Assembly (NCBI GenBank): GCA_036154895.1
Contig: JAYZWD010000005.1
Coordinates: 66,334 to 130,333 of the forward strand
DNA length: 64,000 nucleotides
Source: Pseudomonadota bacterium
GTDB lineage: Bacteria; Pseudomonadota; Alphaproteobacteria; Minwuiales; Minwuiaceae
Direction: 5' to 3'
Shown here: piece after piece, positions 63,630 to 64,000 of the stretch
How the letters are laid out: each line of letters opens with the position of its first letter
Position numbering within the stretch: position 1 is the stretch's first letter
Position numbers and translations under genes: made by a program
The notes under the pieces: model-generated
What the model was told of the DNA's origin: nothing
What the model saw: only the letters and a program-made list of their open reading frames with translations
Databases searched by the model: none

Positions 63630-64000
63630 TCAGGTCACGCCGGCGCGGCGGCGCAGGCGGGAGAGCACGTCCTCCAGGCCGGTCGGGGAGATGTTGCGGT
63701 ATTCCTCGCTGATGCGGCCGACCACGCGGGCAATGAAGTGGGTCTGGTCGAACTTGCCCTTGCGGCGGTTGGCCTCCCGCATCTCGTCGCGGGCGACACG
63801 GAAGGCGTGGAACAGCATCGGGTCGAGGTTGCTTTCGGCGTAGAGCCTGCGGAAGCCCTCGACGCCGGCGCCGTTGATGGCGCCGACGACCCGCTCGTGC
63901 GGCCAGCCGGTCAACGCCTCCATTCCGGCGATGAAGAACTGCTGGTCGCCACCGGCCAGCACGCGCAGCATCAGGGTCGTGGTCAGGCGGTGCTTGTCGT
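63630..64000 (-). CDS. 3' end of a DUF2336-like alphaproteobacterial protein (partial)
   Basis: RLT.TL.LR.L..GD..FF..G...L.G...G..GF..LY pattern. The frame runs off the window end. Confidence 0.6.
   Translation of the reverse strand, partial: DKHRLTTTLMLRVLAGGDQQFFIAGMEALTGWPHERVVGAINGAGVEGFRRLYAESNLDPMLFHAFRVARDEMREANRRKGKFDQTHFIARVVGRISEEYRNISPTGLEDVLSRLRRRAGVT

Overview
This is a high-GC (roughly 70%) alphaproteobacterial chromosome segment, Rhodospirillales-like, and mostly ordinary housekeeping and metabolic genes. The left end holds the 3' part of accD and folC. These face the conserved minus-strand block ahcY-divL-tsaE-amgK-murU-addB-addA-trxA. Other core genes are a class II DAHP synthase, a nicotinate phosphoribosyltransferase, sua5/tsaC, hppA, def-fmt, typA, mgtE, maeB, ettA, ggt and ivd. 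Many catabolic genes lie between them: two LLM-class oxidoreductases, a Baeyer-Villiger monooxygenase, two tandem Rieske oxygenase alpha subunits, an alkyl sulfatase and acyl-CoA dehydrogenases. I saw no rRNA, tRNA, CRISPR array, integrase or transposase. The best candidate for an undescribed system is a translationally coupled sulfur operon: a PLP C-S lyase lacking the persulfide Cys, a divergent thiol dioxygenase and a four-domain rhodanese. Other candidates are a YihU-like reductase paired with a ThDP enzyme, and a csbD islet with an extremely AT-rich spacer and two small membrane-protein ORFs missed by the ORF track. Several orphan phage-like genes also stand out: a CI/S24 repressor, a permuted papain-like protein and a Zn-finger protein. 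All product calls come from reading motifs by eye; no database searches were run.
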